DNA of 64,000 bases, taken from positions 1,488,001 through 1,552,000 of the forward strand of contig CP089279.1 of NCBI GenBank assembly GCA_023920165.1. Reading direction: 5' to 3'. The position numbers and the translations under genes are program-made. This document shows positions 36,049 through 50,463 of this stretch, piece after piece. The notes under the pieces are model-generated. The model ran no database searches, was not told the origin of the DNA, and saw only the letters and a list, made by a program, of their open reading frames with translations. The stretch is from Curvularia clavata. Taxonomy: Eukaryota. Positions within the stretch are counted from its first letter, which is position 1, and the number at the start of each line of letters is the position of its first letter.

Positions 36049-38007
36049 ATGGCGGCCACCAAGGATAAGAGCACCACCAACGGTGTCAAGCGCGAGTTGA
36101 AGAGCGCTACTGAGCCACCGACCAAGAAGGCGAAATTGCTCGACAATACCGACGATGAGGATTCGGACAGCGACAATGGTGAAGCTTCGCTGCAAATCAA
36201 CGAGGAGTATGCGCGCCGATTCGAGCACAACAAGAAGCGCGCAGAGAAGTTCAGGCGTATGTGAAAACCTCGTTTGTTACTGTTTCGCTGCTAACCGTTC
36301 GCAGTCGAGGAAAAGTACGGCAAAGACAAAGCTTTCGCAAATGACGACGACGAATCTGAAGATTCTGAGGAAGGAGTCGAAGAGGACGATGCTGCTGAGC
36401 TACTGGACGAAGACCTGGACGAGCAAGTCAATGCGACTCTCCAGGCTTTGCGCGCAAAGGACCCCCGCATCTACAACAAGGAAGCCAAATTCTACCGCGA
36501 TCCCGAAGAGGAGAACGATGGTACAGATGACAAGAAGAAGGAAAAGCCCATGACACTCAGGGACTACCATACCAAGAACCTGCTCGAGGGCAAACTGATC
36601 GTTGAGGAGGATGAGGATGCGCCACCAAAGACATATGCACAAGAGCAGGAAGAGGCCCGCCAAGAGCTTGTCAAAGCTCTGGATGCTGCTGATGCTGATG
36701 ATGACGACGATTTCATTGTGGCCAAGGAGAAGCCTGAGAAGCCCAAGGACGACCGACCCAAGATCACAGCAGAAGACGTTGAAAAGGCCGATCAAGACCC
36801 AGAAACTTTCTTGTCAAACTTTATGGCTTCTCGCGCCTGGGTACCTACGAAATCTGCTCGGTTCCAACCGCTCGAGTCCGACGACGACGACGAAGACGCC
36901 GCTGCCGACGAATGGGAAAACTCTTACAACCTGTACTTTGAGGATACAACTGGCTCCAATGAGAAGATCATGACATACGCCCGTGACGCTGTCGCAAGCA
37001 CCACAGTCCGTCGAGAGGAGAAGAGCGGCCGGCGAAAAGCTCGCGAGGCTGCACGGGCAAAACGCGAAGCGGAGAGGAGGGAGAAGGAGCAGGAACTTGC
37101 ACGACTGCGCAAGCTCAAGGTCGAAGAGATGGAGGAAAAGGTCAAACAGATTCGCAAGATAGGAGGACTGAGCGGCAGGGATTTCAACATTGAGGAATGG
37201 AAGGACGTACTAGAGGCAGATTGGTCAGACGAGCAGTGGGATGCCGAAATGCAGAAGCGCTTCGGAGATGCATACTACGGAGAAGAAGAGACTGACAAGA
37301 AGGGCAAAAAGCCAAAGAAGCCCAAATTCGACGACGACATCGACATCAAGGATCTGGTCCCTGACTTCAAGGATGACGACGAAGAAGAACGACCCAACCT
37401 TTCCTCGGACGACGAGATGCCCGATGCTGACGATGACGATGACGAAGACGAAGTACAAGACCCAACCACCGGTGACTCCACCAAAAAATCAGCCAAGCAA
37501 CGCAAACAAGAACTCGCAGAAGCAAAATCGACCCAGCGCCGTGACCGCCGCTTGATCGAGAACCTCGTCAACCAAAGCCTCGAATATGAAGCCGCCCTCG
37601 CGGCCAAACCTTCAAAGGCAGCCTCCCGCTTCCGCTACCGCGAGACATCGCCTACGTCTTTCGGTCTCACAGCCCGCGACATCCTCCTTGCAGACGACAA
37701 GGCTCTGAACGAGTTTGCTGGCCTGAAGAAGCTGGCTACGTTCCGTGACCCAGTCAAGAAGAAGAAGGATAAGAAATTTTTGAGCAAGAAGGCGAGGCTC
37801 AGGCAGTGGCGCAAGGATACGTTTGGCGACCCAGATGGTCCAAAGGGTGGCTTTGAGGCGCTGGTTGGTGATGAGCCCCAGGCGCCGGCTGCTGCTGCTG
37901 GTCCGGCCAAGGAGACGAAGGACAAGGACGAGGGAAATATCGTTGAGGGAGAGAAGAAAAAGAAGAAGAGAAGTCGCAAGAGGAAGCTTGCTCCAGTTGA
38001 ACTTTAG
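36049..38007 (+). CDS. KRI1: Kri1, 40S ribosome biogenesis factor
   Basis: Exons 36049-36256 and 36305-38007. Motifs INEEYARRFEHNKKRAE, KDPRIY, FLSNFMASRAW, RFRYRETSPTSFGLTARDILLADDKALNEFAGLKKLATFR. Confidence 0.96.
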
Positions 38008-38516
38008 GCACCCTGCCTCCTTTTTCTTTTCAATCTACGTTGTATGTTGGGGGGTTACTATTTATTAGATGAGTTCTGGGATATATCCAGAAGAGAGAGA
38101 AAAAGTTCTTGTATCAACATCTCACTTTGCTTAACAATCTTGCGCAAGACATGGGACAATGGAATAATTTTCTTCTATCGATGAACTATTACTTTCCGCC
38201 TAGCAAGCGTACACCGGTCCATCTACATGCCACAAAATCAGCAGGCCCGGCTCCTACTCGTACCGCATTTGGAAGGTATCATATATCGTCATGGAAAGCA
38301 GTGGGACGGACTATCGGGAGCCTCAACCCGCGACCCAAGCACTACGGTGGACCGCGTGACGCGAGTCGACTCGAGATGATGTTGTCCAGTTTGGGGAGAG
38401 AGAGAAATTTTTGTGTACCACTGCAATGGTCATAGCAAACCGTGATATCAGTCGGAGAAACGAGGACACCGGGAATAGTAAGGTCGCACAGGCATGGCAC
38501 AAATGTCAAAAGGCCA

Positions 38517-39885
38517 CTACTGGTCAGCGTCATCGTCGGGCTGGTCGAAGAGAAAGTTGGCGGCCAGCTCCTCGTTCTTGTCGCACGCAAAGTATGCCTG
38601 AATAACAAGGTCACGCTCGAACCCGAGGCGGCAGAGGCGCTCGATAGCCTCGCGTTCCTCCTCGGTCACCGAGATGGCTTGAGCGCCCGGCGGCAGTGGC
38701 GCATCCTCGTCTGCGTCTTCAGCGAGCAATTGCAGGAACTGCTCCGGGTTGGATGCGATCATCTGGGCTAGCTGGGGGTTGCCAGCGCCGACCTGTTGCA
38801 GAATAGGCTCAAGCATCTGGGGTTGTTGCTGTACGACCTGTCGTAGCTGCTGGAACTGAGGGTTGTTGCGCAAGAAGTCAAGAGAATTGGCGTTGAGAGC
38901 ACCAGCGCCTGCGCCCCCTCCAGTACCACCGGAGCGAGCACCGCCGGCACCTCCTCGATTTTGGGCAGCCGCGGCGGCCTCGAACAAGTTCATCGGCTCA
39001 TCGCCACCAGACGAAGGGTTTGTGGCAGGTGTTGCACCCGTATTTCCGCCAGCAGGCGTGGGCGAGGTTGGTGCACGGGCTTGTGCTTGTTGGGCCTGCT
39101 CCTGTAGTGCGCTCTCCGGTATGCCCTAGATGGAGATTAGAATGGACTTGACCAGGTTGGAGGTGCCAGTAGTCTTACTGTCAGGAGGTATTCAACCGCG
39201 CGGTCGGGGTTGAAGAAGGCGGCGCGCATGGCCCGGTCAATGTCAGCCCTCGCAAAACCCATGCTCTCCATGTTGGCAATGGCAGCCTCGCGCTCGCCAC
39301 CCATGGTCAGAGCGGAGGGATCGTTGAAGCGCTCGGCCGATGCCTGTACAGGCGCGGGAGAAGGTGTAGCGGGGGCATTTTGCGCGTTGGATGATGGAGC
39401 CGGAGCTGCGGGGGCTGCGGGTGTCTGAACTCGTGGTGGAGCAGGTGTCGAAGGTGCTGCTTTACTTGAGGACGCGGCGGGAGCGGCCTTTGGCTTGGAG
39501 ACCATGCAGACAATGAAGCCCTTCTCCTCAATGTTGTACGACTGGACCGTGTTGGCATCTTGCAGGATCTTGCCTGTTCTTGGTATCAGCGACTGTGGTT
39601 GTGGCAAGGGCGGCGGGTGCAGGAAGCTTACCGGAGTAGATGAGCTTTTGCTGGGCGACTTCCCAGCCCTTTTCTGCTTGGATCTTTGACTTGAGGTCGC
39701 CAATCTGTTGCGCATGTTAGCTGGGCACTGCGGTCGTGTCGGAGGCGTGGCGGGCGCTGCATACCGTTTCTGAAGGCTCGGCCTCGATGACGAACTTGTT
39801 CTGCTTCAGGTCCTGCACCAGCGTCAGTTGGGGCTCTCTTGCACCCGTGGCTCGAGGAGATGGATACCTTGAATGTGATCTTCAT
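38517..39885 (-). CDS. RAD23: UV excision repair / proteasome shuttle protein Rad23
   Basis: Exons 39885-39868, 39812-39765, 39704-39632, 39573-39179, 39125-38517. UBL (MKITFKDLKQNKF), UBA1 (AMRAAFFNPDRAVEYLLTGIP), XPC-binding (LDFLRNNPQFQQLR), UBA2 (QAYFACDKNEELAANFLF). Confidence 0.97.
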
Positions 39886-42090
39886 CTTGGCGGTTGGTGC
39901 GTGGGTGGTTGAAGATGGCGCTGGGTTGGGCGGGGGGTCTTGTAGGTGAGGTGGGGATGATGAAGCTGGTCTTGGCGCGATGGCGCAGTGGAGGCAGAGG
40001 TAGCAGAGGACGGGCAGGGTAGCTTTGAGGAACGAGAGGGAGCGGGCGAGCGGCACTCTTTCTACTGGGCTGCAAGCGTTTGCACAAGCTAAAAAGTGAC
40101 TTGTCGTGTGCTAACGAAGGCAATGGAAATACGCCGTGCTGGTTAGGCAGAACTTCAGTCTTGGACCAGCACTGAAGGCGCCGCCGAGTGGGGACCCTCT
40201 TCGCACCTCGCGCACAGAGAGAGACGCAGAAACGCACCGCCACAGTTTGCGGCCAGTGGCGCACCTGCCGGCGCGCGTGCCTGAGGGGTGTGGCGGTGCT
40301 GTCTTGATCGACGCAGTGCACCCAGAGTCACGGGACTGTTGCTTTTCATCCGAACTGGCCTACCCCGCCGCTTACATACACATGGATGGCTCGCCCGTCT
40401 ACACCTGCATGCATACATACACACGTGCATGCGAGCAAACTTTACCTCAACACCATCCCCCAACGGCCACGACGGCCTGCCCGTCCGGCAGTGACGCAAC
40501 CAGCAGAAGGTCCAGCCCGCGGCTCATCTCGACCCCGGCCTAGTGCTGCACCATCCGTGCTGCCTCCGTTGTTCCCCGGCGCGCATCCACCATGGCACGC
40601 GTCAACACCACTCCAACGAAACTTGCCGTGCTGGTGTCGTCAAACACCGCCTAGCCAGCTGCTGCACGTTTACCGCATCGTCTTTTTTGTTTCAATCGCC
40701 CATGAGTCGTCTTGGACCGTCATGAGGCTAGGACCCTGTTTCACGGCGAGGCCAGACACTGGCCTGGCCACGCTCGCCGTGCGACAGTCGCCTGTTGAAT
40801 CTGCTGCTGTCATGGCTGCACTGCAGGAAGCAGACTATTGACGACGGTCCTACCTCTCCGTATCTCGCACATCGCGGCCTGCTTACTCACGAGTCTGGTG
40901 AGAGCTGGGTCCCCGCAGCTCGTCATCGCAGCAAGACCCATCTTCCCTGCACTGGCCTGCCTTTCAGGGTTGTTTGTTGTGCTTTTGCCGAAAACATGGT
41001 CAAAACAACGCGTGAGGAAATGAAGGGCTAAACTTACCGCAGCTCCACACCCATAAACTTTGACAGGTAGGCCCTGGCACCGTTTCCAGCGTCCTTGGAG
41101 CCTGTCCGCCTTGGCTTCCCATTGGCTGCCCGCCTTCGTGTTTCGAAAAGACAAACCGTTTTTCTTTTATGCTTCATGCGCAACCCCAAGGCCCGGCACT
41201 CTGATTCAGAAGCACCCCATTCTCTTGTCCTCCCACCAGCACTCGACCGAGCTGCTGCAGGTGACCATGCTAAAAAGTCGCGCGGACGTGCTTCGGGTTC
41301 GGGTAAGCATGTGTGCTGGCGGCCTGGCGTCGTGGTCCTGTGTAATGCTTGATACATGCCTGACTTCGCCTAAACATGCTAGTAGGGGTTTCCCAGTCTG
41401 TCCTACGCGTGTTGCAGGCCTGCCCACGAAACAATGGCCCACAGAGCCGTCTGGTGGACGTCTTTTGATTTATTATTACTTCTTGCCCCTCCCCACACCC
41501 TTCCCTACCCTTTTTACATACGCCGCCGTCGTCTTGACCTGCATTTGCGCCTTTGGCTCTCAGCCAGTCCTCGACCTCACACTCGTTACTCTCCTTCGTC
41601 GCATTCTCTAGTCTTCCCCATCTACCGCCCATCCCAACGGACGTATCCCGTATCCGGCTTAGACCCGCGTCAGCCTTCGGCCCATAAACGGTTCGTCCAA
41701 CTATAGTACCTGCAGGTATACAGCCGCATCATTTCCTCGAACGCGTCCATCCCCGCGGCTGCTCAGTTTCGCGCCTCCCTACAGCAACAAGACTGGGGGC
41801 TTTTTGCATTTGATCCGAACTGTCCCACTCACAGTGTCGCATCTTCCTCGCTTCCACCCCGGGGGACCATTGCCAGCCGACAAGCATTTCTTTTTTGGGC
41901 AACCTGGTGCTATATTACCGTCTCGCCTGCAAACATCTTGATATCATCCCTGGCGCAAGATTCTACGACCCCCTTTGTCGACAATTTCCTCAAAGCCTCC
42001 CCGAGGCTGGTTGCCTGTCCGTCGACAGTGCTGGCAAGTACTTCGGGCTAAGGCTTCCACCAGCCAGACATCTCACGCCTTCTATCAACC

Positions 42091-43497
42091 ATGTTGCAGT
42101 TTCGGAAATTCTACCTCTCTCTTGTCGGTGTTGTTGCATGGTCAAGCACAACAGCTGATGCAGTTCTGTCGATACTGGAAGCGGCATCCTTCTCATCCAC
42201 TCACTCTTCCTTGTCCGGCATCGCTGCTGCATCAAGCACATTCAATCTCCTCTCCCTTTTTTGTATTGGCTTCTATTTAATCCATAATGTTGGAAACGTA
42301 CGGGGCGCTATGGAGCGGTCAGGGAAAGCGAGAAAGGCCCTCATTGCCATGAGCATTTTCTTATCAAGTTTGGCACTGGTGCTTTCACTCGCATTGACCA
42401 TCATGATCAGGTCAAAATGGGCAGAGATCACCACCAAGTCTTCTTCAGCACCCATTTCGAATTGGAGTAGCCATTTTTCTGGACAAATCGCGGCATGGAT
42501 CATCTCATGCGCTAGCCAGCTCGCCCTATACACTTCCCCCCTATGGGATCGCAAAGCCCCAAGAGTTCAGACTGTTGTCACATCCGGCCCCCGAGATTCT
42601 GTCATGAGCGAGGTGCGAACACCCCGCCGCAGCAACTTGTACTTGGGCAAATCCACCAAGCCATCATCACCGCTGGCTGTCTACCACCGTCCCGAGGTTC
42701 TGGAATCGCTGCCCTCGCCTACTTTGTCCACCAGGTCGTCAAAGTCACTCAAATCGTTTCGAGAATCACTTCGTCACGTAGTACGGCCGGCCACATCACG
42801 CACTACTCTGGTCAGCCAACGATCATTTACCCGAGATGCAGCGCCCAGCATTTACTCGAACCGACAGTCCATCGACACAATCTCTCATTCGGACGGATTC
42901 GAAAGCTGGGATACCAGTAGTGTAATTATTCCCACACGTGATGTGGTTATGCAGACTGCACCATTCAAGGGCACAACATTGGAACCGATTCCTGGAAGTC
43001 GCCCACACTCACTTGCTCATGCACTAGATGGCCCCTTTCTTTCCGAGCTCCCAGAAGAAGATGACGAGGACCTGGTACCGCCCCCTAGGATGATGCCCGA
43101 CATTCTACGACCACCAAGCCCTGCAGTCAGCGAAGCCCACATTCACCCACTGTTCAGGTCAGAAAGTCCATCAGGACTGCCGCCTCCGACCGCTACACCG
43201 GGTACCAGCATCATGGCTAGCCCTTATTCAACACAGGCTATTGCATGCCCTCCCCGATCATTCAACCGCATGAGATCTAATAGCCAGTTGAGCCAGACCA
43301 ACACGATCCACAGTCTCCACCAAACGAGAAGCTTCTCCAGGGATCGTGCAGCGAGTACAGGGTCCAAGTCAAGGAGTCCTTCGCCTCCAAGCCGTGCAAT
43401 GACGCCTCCGATCCCTGACTTTGTGCTCAACACTTCTCCACGCAGTAGCCTGAGCGGCTCTCGGAGAGTGAACCTACAATATTCTCCCGACCGATAA
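42091..43497 (+). CDS. Hypothetical membrane protein: about four N-terminal TM helices and a long Ser/Pro-rich disordered tail
   Basis: 468 aa intronless ORF with a hydrophobic N-terminal 150 aa. Short motif-like islands DGFESWDTS, LEPIPGSRP, ALDGPF, SEAHIHPLFR, TPPIPDFVL. Confidence 0.8.
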   Translation: MLQFRKFYLSLVGVVAWSSTTADAVLSILEAASFSSTHSSLSGIAAASSTFNLLSLFCIGFYLIHNVGNVRGAMERSGKARKALIAMSIFLSSLALVLSLALTIMIRSKWAEITTKSSSAPISNWSSHFSGQIAAWIISCASQLALYTSPLWDRKAPRVQTVVTSGPRDSVMSEVRTPRRSNLYLGKSTKPSSPLAVYHRPEVLESLPSPTLSTRSSKSLKSFRESLRHVVRPATSRTTLVSQRSFTRDAAPSIYSNRQSIDTISHSDGFESWDTSSVIIPTRDVVMQTAPFKGTTLEPIPGSRPHSLAHALDGPFLSELPEEDDEDLVPPPRMMPDILRPPSPAVSEAHIHPLFRSESPSGLPPPTATPGTSIMASPYSTQAIACPPRSFNRMRSNSQLSQTNTIHSLHQTRSFSRDRAASTGSKSRSPSPPSRAMTPPIPDFVLNTSPRSSLSGSRRVNLQYSPDR

Positions 43498-46079
43498 GGA
43501 AATGGATTTGTTCATCATCTGCTGCCATTATGGTTGTTTTATGTTGTTGATATGATACAGCACATGCTCATGTTTTGCACGTTTGTATGATACGATTCCC
43601 CTTCGTTCTCTGTATGCATGTTCCTTGTTATGTTTCTCCCTATTTTTTCCCGAGCTCTCACCGGAGAGGTTGATCGAGCTTTCAGCGTTTCCTCAATTCA
43701 ACTATTACTAAGGCTCCAGCATACGGACTGTCGAGCAGGGCATACCTTTTTTTGTTATCATAGTATCTATTTACTAGTCATAGTGAAATCGTCGGAAGAC
43801 GAGGAAGACAAAAGCAATAGAGGCACTGCTACGTGCGTAGTCAGGCATTCCAAACATCCCAATTACGCGCCCCACTCATACAAGGTCGATCATTGTATAT
43901 CGTTTACGCCTGACAATTGCCTGTTGTTTTCTGATATTCGCATGTTGTTACACGACACCACCTTGAGTACGGTGATGACACATGTTGTTGCGTTAGGATG
44001 TTTCAATCCCAAAATGGTATACTGGATCACCAGTGGGAACGCGGATGTCGCACCCAAGATGCGGTGAAGCGGATCTATGGCAATTTGACAGAAAGTATAA
44101 TCAAGGGGGCAGGGTGCTTATTGTGACAGGACGTCTTTTGCAGAGCTAAAAAGGAACCCGTCACACTTCGTATATGCATGTCTTTGCACATATGTCGTGT
44201 AGGACTGGAAGAATATCATGTTCTATGCCTGCAGATCATTCCTTTGCTACCATTGCTTTTTGCGATCCAGCCACACCGCACTCGCCGCCCCAAGGGCGGT
44301 CAGGACACGATCAACTACACAAAAAGAACAAGCTCCTTGCGCTATACCGTTAACATAGAGGTGATGCTTAGTGCCCCCCACTGCGGTTTTGTAGACAAAG
44401 AAGGTAGTTCCGAAACACCCCCTTCAAAAGCTACGTGTATTTCTGCACTAAGCAAACATGAGTAGACTCCGAAGTGCCATTAGCAAAATGGTGTGGGAGC
44501 AAGTGAGTGGGTGGAGACGCCTGAACACGTTGTTCCAGCACGCGAGAAGGATGTGTTCCCTGAATAGTAAGCGGGACAAAAGCAAAACCTGGACTCTCGC
44601 ACTCTTTGCCGAACCGAGAGGCGATTTTTTTTTTTCAACTGTGAATCTCGTCACGCAATCTGCTCATAGTGAAAATCTGGCAGGCTGGAGTGACTTTATT
44701 TCCACATGCAAACTCAAAAACGATGCGGTCACAAACTTGGCAAACTTTGCTCTTTGTCATTCTCAATGCCCATTCTAACACGCCCCAATGCATTCAACTT
44801 TGCCATGTACTCGTGTGCAAAAGGGGCGCAGGGGCGACGCTGGTTGGTGACGATTCGGGAGGATCGTCCCGCCTAGCGGCGCGGCTAATGACGTGCGACC
44901 TGAAACCTGTATGAAGCAACTAGGAAAGTTTCCAGAAGCACTGGCAAGATACTTTGCTGAAGTACATGGCTGCGAGCAGATAGTTAAAGCAGGCGGGGGG
45001 CCAGCAGCCGCGAGAGAGAAGCTGAAGGCATGTTCTGCTCATGGCAGGGGGGAAGCATTGCATGCACGTAATCCGGGACATTGCTATCTTTGGTTGATTG
45101 GCTGGCGCTGCATCAGGAGGCTGGTGGCGCCGAAGAAAAATGCTGCTGCTGGAGTCGAAGACGCAGTGGACGCATGGGATAGCAACCGATTCTTGAATTT
45201 CATGTTTACAAGTCTATTCTGCAGCAATAGTAACTGCTCTATTGTACTCTTGCAATGTTGGTTGTGGCGGTTGCAAATGGAGAGGCGCGCTGTCATTCGT
45301 GGGATGCATTCTTAAAGTAGTTAGGCGCGACCAGCCAGACCAAGGATCTCACAAGAGCTTCATCTTCATGCGCCGGAATCAACACCATCTGCCACTCCTT
45401 CGACAGGCTCTGAAATCTGCGGCACAAGCGCTGCTTCTTCCGTCTTTGCTTTGCCTGATATTTTCGTGCCTCTGTTCGTCTGGGTGCTTCGACTCCCAAC
45501 TGGGCCACACGGAGCATTTCATTTTGCAAGGTAGTCTCTACTCTTGCGACCATCTTTGCTCTTCTCGACAAGAGGGTCTCATTCGTCGACTAGGAAGAGG
45601 CCGACATCTTGTCCTGGTACATTTCCATGCATTTCCGGTATAGTGACTTGGCTTTTGCAATACCTTGTTGAGCAAGTCACTGTAGCACACCGGGCGGTCT
45701 GGTACACGGTGAGTACTTTATGTTCACCACGTAACATTTACGAAGAACTCTCATACTCAATCTTCTTTCCTACTTCCCCCCAGCTGTATACGGCGAATCA
45801 CTTTGGTTTGCTCTCTCTTACTCCTGATACTGCTACTACAACAACTATGCTGACACGTCTTGCTTACAGGCCAGACGATCGCCGTGTGACACGCAGGAGA
45901 GAGCAACAACAACAACAACAAAGACAACCAAATATATATTGTAGTAATATACTCGTAAGTTCCAGCTGCTACATTTCAAAGCAGGCTCTTCAGCGTTTAC
46001 TGTTTTTCAGCTATGACATGATCACGGGCTAATGGCTCATCTATCCAAGGTCTCTCCCGTCAAGACCCGCGCGACAGCA

Positions 46080-49000
46080 ATGCCGCCAAAGCGAAAGCTA
46101 CAGACAGCCAAGACCATGCCTGCGGCGTCCTTCAAAGCACCCCGTACGTCCGAATTGCCATTTCCAACGGTGTCCCCATGTTCTCCATAGGGTTATGCTA
46201 ACCTTGGCATAGCCGCTAGCGCATTGTCTAATAAGCGAAGTAGTCTTCAGGGTTCGAGGACATCTCGCCTTGCTCCTTCAGTACCATTCCAAATGACAAC
46301 GCGTCGCGGTGCAAAAGGCACATCTAACCACACAAGCTCCGCGGGCCCATCCAGCGCGAGCTCTGGCAGCCGTCGCAATTCTCTGGATGAGAACGCGCAA
46401 AACGAGGATGCGACAGGCGACCATGAGGATGCGCGCCCGGCCAAGCGCAGCCGAACATCGTCCGATTCTGGTTCGCCGCAAAGATCTAATGGCTCTCCCG
46501 ACAACAACAATAACAACAGCAATACTCCCATGAATGGCACCCAGACCCCGGAGCTGGAGAAACCCGCTTCTGGCGCGACTTCGACAGCTCCAAAAACCAC
46601 TGGTAAAAAAAGGCGCGCATCCGACGGCTCCACCCAGTCAAGCAAAACGCGCCCAAACAGTGTTCTGACCCGAACGCAAAGCGATGTTTCCGAGCAACAA
46701 CCGCGCAAAAAGCGCAAGACAAAAGAAACTGCTGCAGACACCGCCGCCGACCAGCCTCCTGAGTTAACTGATGCTAGCACAGCGCCCAATTCTCCGGAGC
46801 AAATGCCTGATGTTGATGGCAGCCAAAGCCTGCACAACATCCTGCCAACCAGTGGCGATGCCCCTGCAAAGTCCAGCAGGCGCTTGCCTGGTCGTCGGCG
46901 CCAACCGCATCCGGACATCAATGTGGAGACAGACTTACGGCGACAGCTCAACCTTAAGATGAGTTATCGCAGTCTTGCAAAAGTCCAGAAACTTTTATTG
47001 GAAGAATTGGCAAATCGTACTACCAAGAGTTTGGAAGAAGATCCAGAATTCCACAGAAAATGCCCCGAATACGAGGCTGTCATGGCTCAGCTTGACCAGC
47101 GCCGCGACGCGCGTCTAGATCAAGTCAATGCAATGCGCACATATCGACTCGAGCAGATGGAGCGAGTGCGCGTTGCTGAAGAGCATATCCAAAGGGAGCA
47201 GTACATCAACAGGTTCCGAGAGCTGCAAGATGATTTCGTGCTCCAAATCTATTTCCGCGCAAAGCAACTTGAGAGAGAGATGAAGGGCCAAGATGCTAAC
47301 GCAACGGATGATGAGGATAATGTCCTTCCGCCTACGTATAGCGATGAGCCTCATCACAATGACGATGACCGCATTGGATCCAAGTTTGCTTCTCGTAGTA
47401 GAGCGTACGTTGAGGCGGATAGGGAGCTTGAGCATGAGTCGATACGTAAAAGATTCAGTCAGGCACGGGCTGCTTTTGTTGAGAAGGACGAAGAAGCCGA
47501 CGACTCGATAGAAGACGTTGCTGGCGGGTTCGCGAGGTTTGACGGCCCAGACCGTACAGAAGCTATCGCACACTACAACATTAACAGCCTTGCTGATGCC
47601 GCATTCGAGGTCGAGAGGACACCTTCACCACAACCAGAACCACAAAAACCTGAGGTTATTCCAAACGAGCATGCCGATCTGCTCATGATGCTTGCAGATG
47701 TTTCTTCACACCAACCCCGGAGCAGCACTGTACAGAAGCCTCCTCTTCATTATCCACACCCACAACAACAGCCACCTCCCCCACGGAACAGGACACCCGT
47801 GGTTAAACAAGAGGATGCAAAGGAGAAATCGCCCAGGTTTATTCCATCAGCGATTCCACCAGCTGTATCATCTCAAGTTGCGCCAGCTGAGAGCGCACAA
47901 CCAGCAGCAGATGCCGTTCGTGAGGCGGCTCACCATGAGCCACCTGAAAACGCACCAGCAAAGGAATTGGAGGTGCCACCAAAATCGACACCAAGGCTTT
48001 CTACGCATAGGATCATGGATATACTTAACGATGACCGCGAAGTACCTGTGTCCAGAACACGAGAGCAGCAACCACCAGTTCAAGAGAAGAGCACCGCGTC
48101 AACACAAGAGTCGTCAACTCATCGACGCACAACATCTCGGAGCGATGCTCTACGAGTGGACGCTATGGTGAACAAAGAAGAGCCACCTATTGATCAAGCG
48201 CTAATGGATGCATTGAGTGGGCCACGACCACCAAGCAACCCCCCTTCATCGCCGCCTTCATGTACCCAGCCATGGCCACGAACAAGTGTTGTACCACCAA
48301 CTCGGGAATCAGAGGAGTCACTGCGCCGTCGGGATCCTTTGCAAAAGATCAGGGATCTTTTGGATAAGAAGGCACGCGAGCACGGCCGAGAACCGTCGGA
48401 TCGATCTAGCTATGCTAGGCCTCCTGTGTTTCCGAACAGGTCGACTGCTCAACCTCCGGGTGGGCAAGAACGCGGTGAAGTAGCAGGCTACGACCCAACG
48501 CGGCCTTCCACAGGACTATATGATTCGCTACCTGGTGGCTCCTATTCTTATGCATCTCGTCGAGAATCGCATGAGCAAACAACTCAACATTGGGATCACG
48601 ATCGACGGGCGAGTGGGTCACAAGCACCCCAACATTCGGCAGCGTCTCCTTACCAAAGCCATGCCGCACAATCCCACTATAGCGAGCATAGCAGGTCAGG
48701 ACCAACCCCACCAACCCACCAAAGTCCATATGCTCCCCCGCCTGGCTCGTTATCACTACCGCCAAAGCCACCTGGGCCTCCACCTATCAACTACCGCTTC
48801 GCACACTACGATCCCGCTCCAGCACCCCGGCCATATCCGCCTCAATCACCAAGCTTCCCACCTTCATCTCATCCACCGCAGACCACTAGCCAACCCCAGT
48901 ACCCAAACCCGTATGGCAGCGCGCCAGCTTATCAAGGCGGTTACATTCCTCCCCCAGGATCTTTCCAAGCACCGCCCCCTCCCCCATCAAGCGTGGCCTC

Positions 49001-49394
49001 ATACCAACCACTCAAGATCCACCAATACGGTGGCCAACCCATCCTCCCAGCCAACATGGCGCCGCCTCCACCGCAACAACATAACGGACCACCTCCACCA
49101 ACTCTACCTTTCATCGGTCAAGGGGCTCCTCCGCCTCCGCCTCCTCATACTTCGTCACAGCCACAAGGCTCGCAGCAAGCTTATTCCCCGACGCATCCTC
49201 ACCCACCTGCCCTGCAATACGAGCAACAGTCTCAACCACAGCAGCGGGAGGCGCAATCGCAAAACAGCAGCAGTGCCGAGCGTTCTTCAGACTCGCAATC
49301 TCGACCCCGGCGCCCGTATCGAAGCTACCATGCGCCCGGCACGCAATTCAGAAGCTATCAGGGTCCAGGTGAACAGAGGAGGCGAGGTGGGTGA
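46080..49394 (+). CDS. Hypothetical large nuclear protein (NLS-rich N-terminus, central coiled coil, Pro/Gln-rich C-terminus)
   Basis: Exon 46080-46143 (MPPKRK...) splices in frame to 46213-49394. Central helical block GRRRQPHPDINVETDLRRQLNLKMSYRSLAK...; function not recognised. Confidence 0.8.
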
Positions 49395-50463
49395 AAAACA
49401 AGAAAGAGGGGGGAGAAGATGTTGACATTTTTCCTTTCTGTATTGAGATAATGACGGCATGAAGGGTTGTAGGAGAAAAAAAAGGGGAGCAGTGGATTTG
49501 ATCTTTTTTCTTCTTCTTTTGCTATGTATCTTGTCATTTGAGCCTTGTTTATCAGATTTTCACTTCTCTCTTTTTATCATCTGTATTCCTTCACTATATT
49601 TTCTCAGTTACTATTACTCGAATTTATTTATCATTGCTTTTTATCTTTTAAAAATCACAATTATTATTAGGGTTGTTAATAGCATTTGAGTAGTCCCCGC
49701 GAACGTAGCATCGAGATGGATATGCAGTGGCGGAGGGAAAGCGGGAATATATACGTTGTTGTTTTTTTCGTTTTTGTGCGATACAGCAAGCTGCTTTGTG
49801 TCTTCTTACTTGACTTGACTGTGTCTGCTGATCACCACGGAGGGGAGTTTCTAACTCTCACTCGCTCCAACGCTTCTTGCCTTCTCGCGTCCTATGGAAA
49901 AAGGGGTGTGCTATCTATCAATATGCAACTTATCTTTACAATATCTCTTATTGCGTAGAATGCAATCCTTTCACCTACTCAATTTTTTCACCATCCGGCT
50001 GGTCTTCTAGGAAGCTCACTGGAACTGACATTCCCAGGGCATTCTCTTTCCAGAAGCTGTATTCTGAGCTTCTCTACACAGACTAAGATATACAAGAGAA
50101 AATTATGGAACAAGGATTCGAAAATATCAAGTGCGAAAACAAATTTTGGGTAGAAACAAGAGAAGACTGAGTGGAGAAGGAAGGCAAGGGATACGTGTGC
50201 AGCGTTACACTTTGTACTGTCTCGATTCTATCTTGCTCTAGCGTATTCATGGATAAAAGTTGTCTCGTCTGAGGTGATTGCTCTTCACAGCTCTCGTATA
50301 AGAAAGTCTCGTCAGCCAAGGAAATTATACACACGTGTAAATATAAATGTTATCGCATACAGAACCATATCTATTGCATCTTTGAAAAAGAAGGGGGTAT
50401 CACTAGCCAAAAACAAACAAACTCCCTATTCGCACTTCTCCTCCATCATCCTTCCCAACATCT

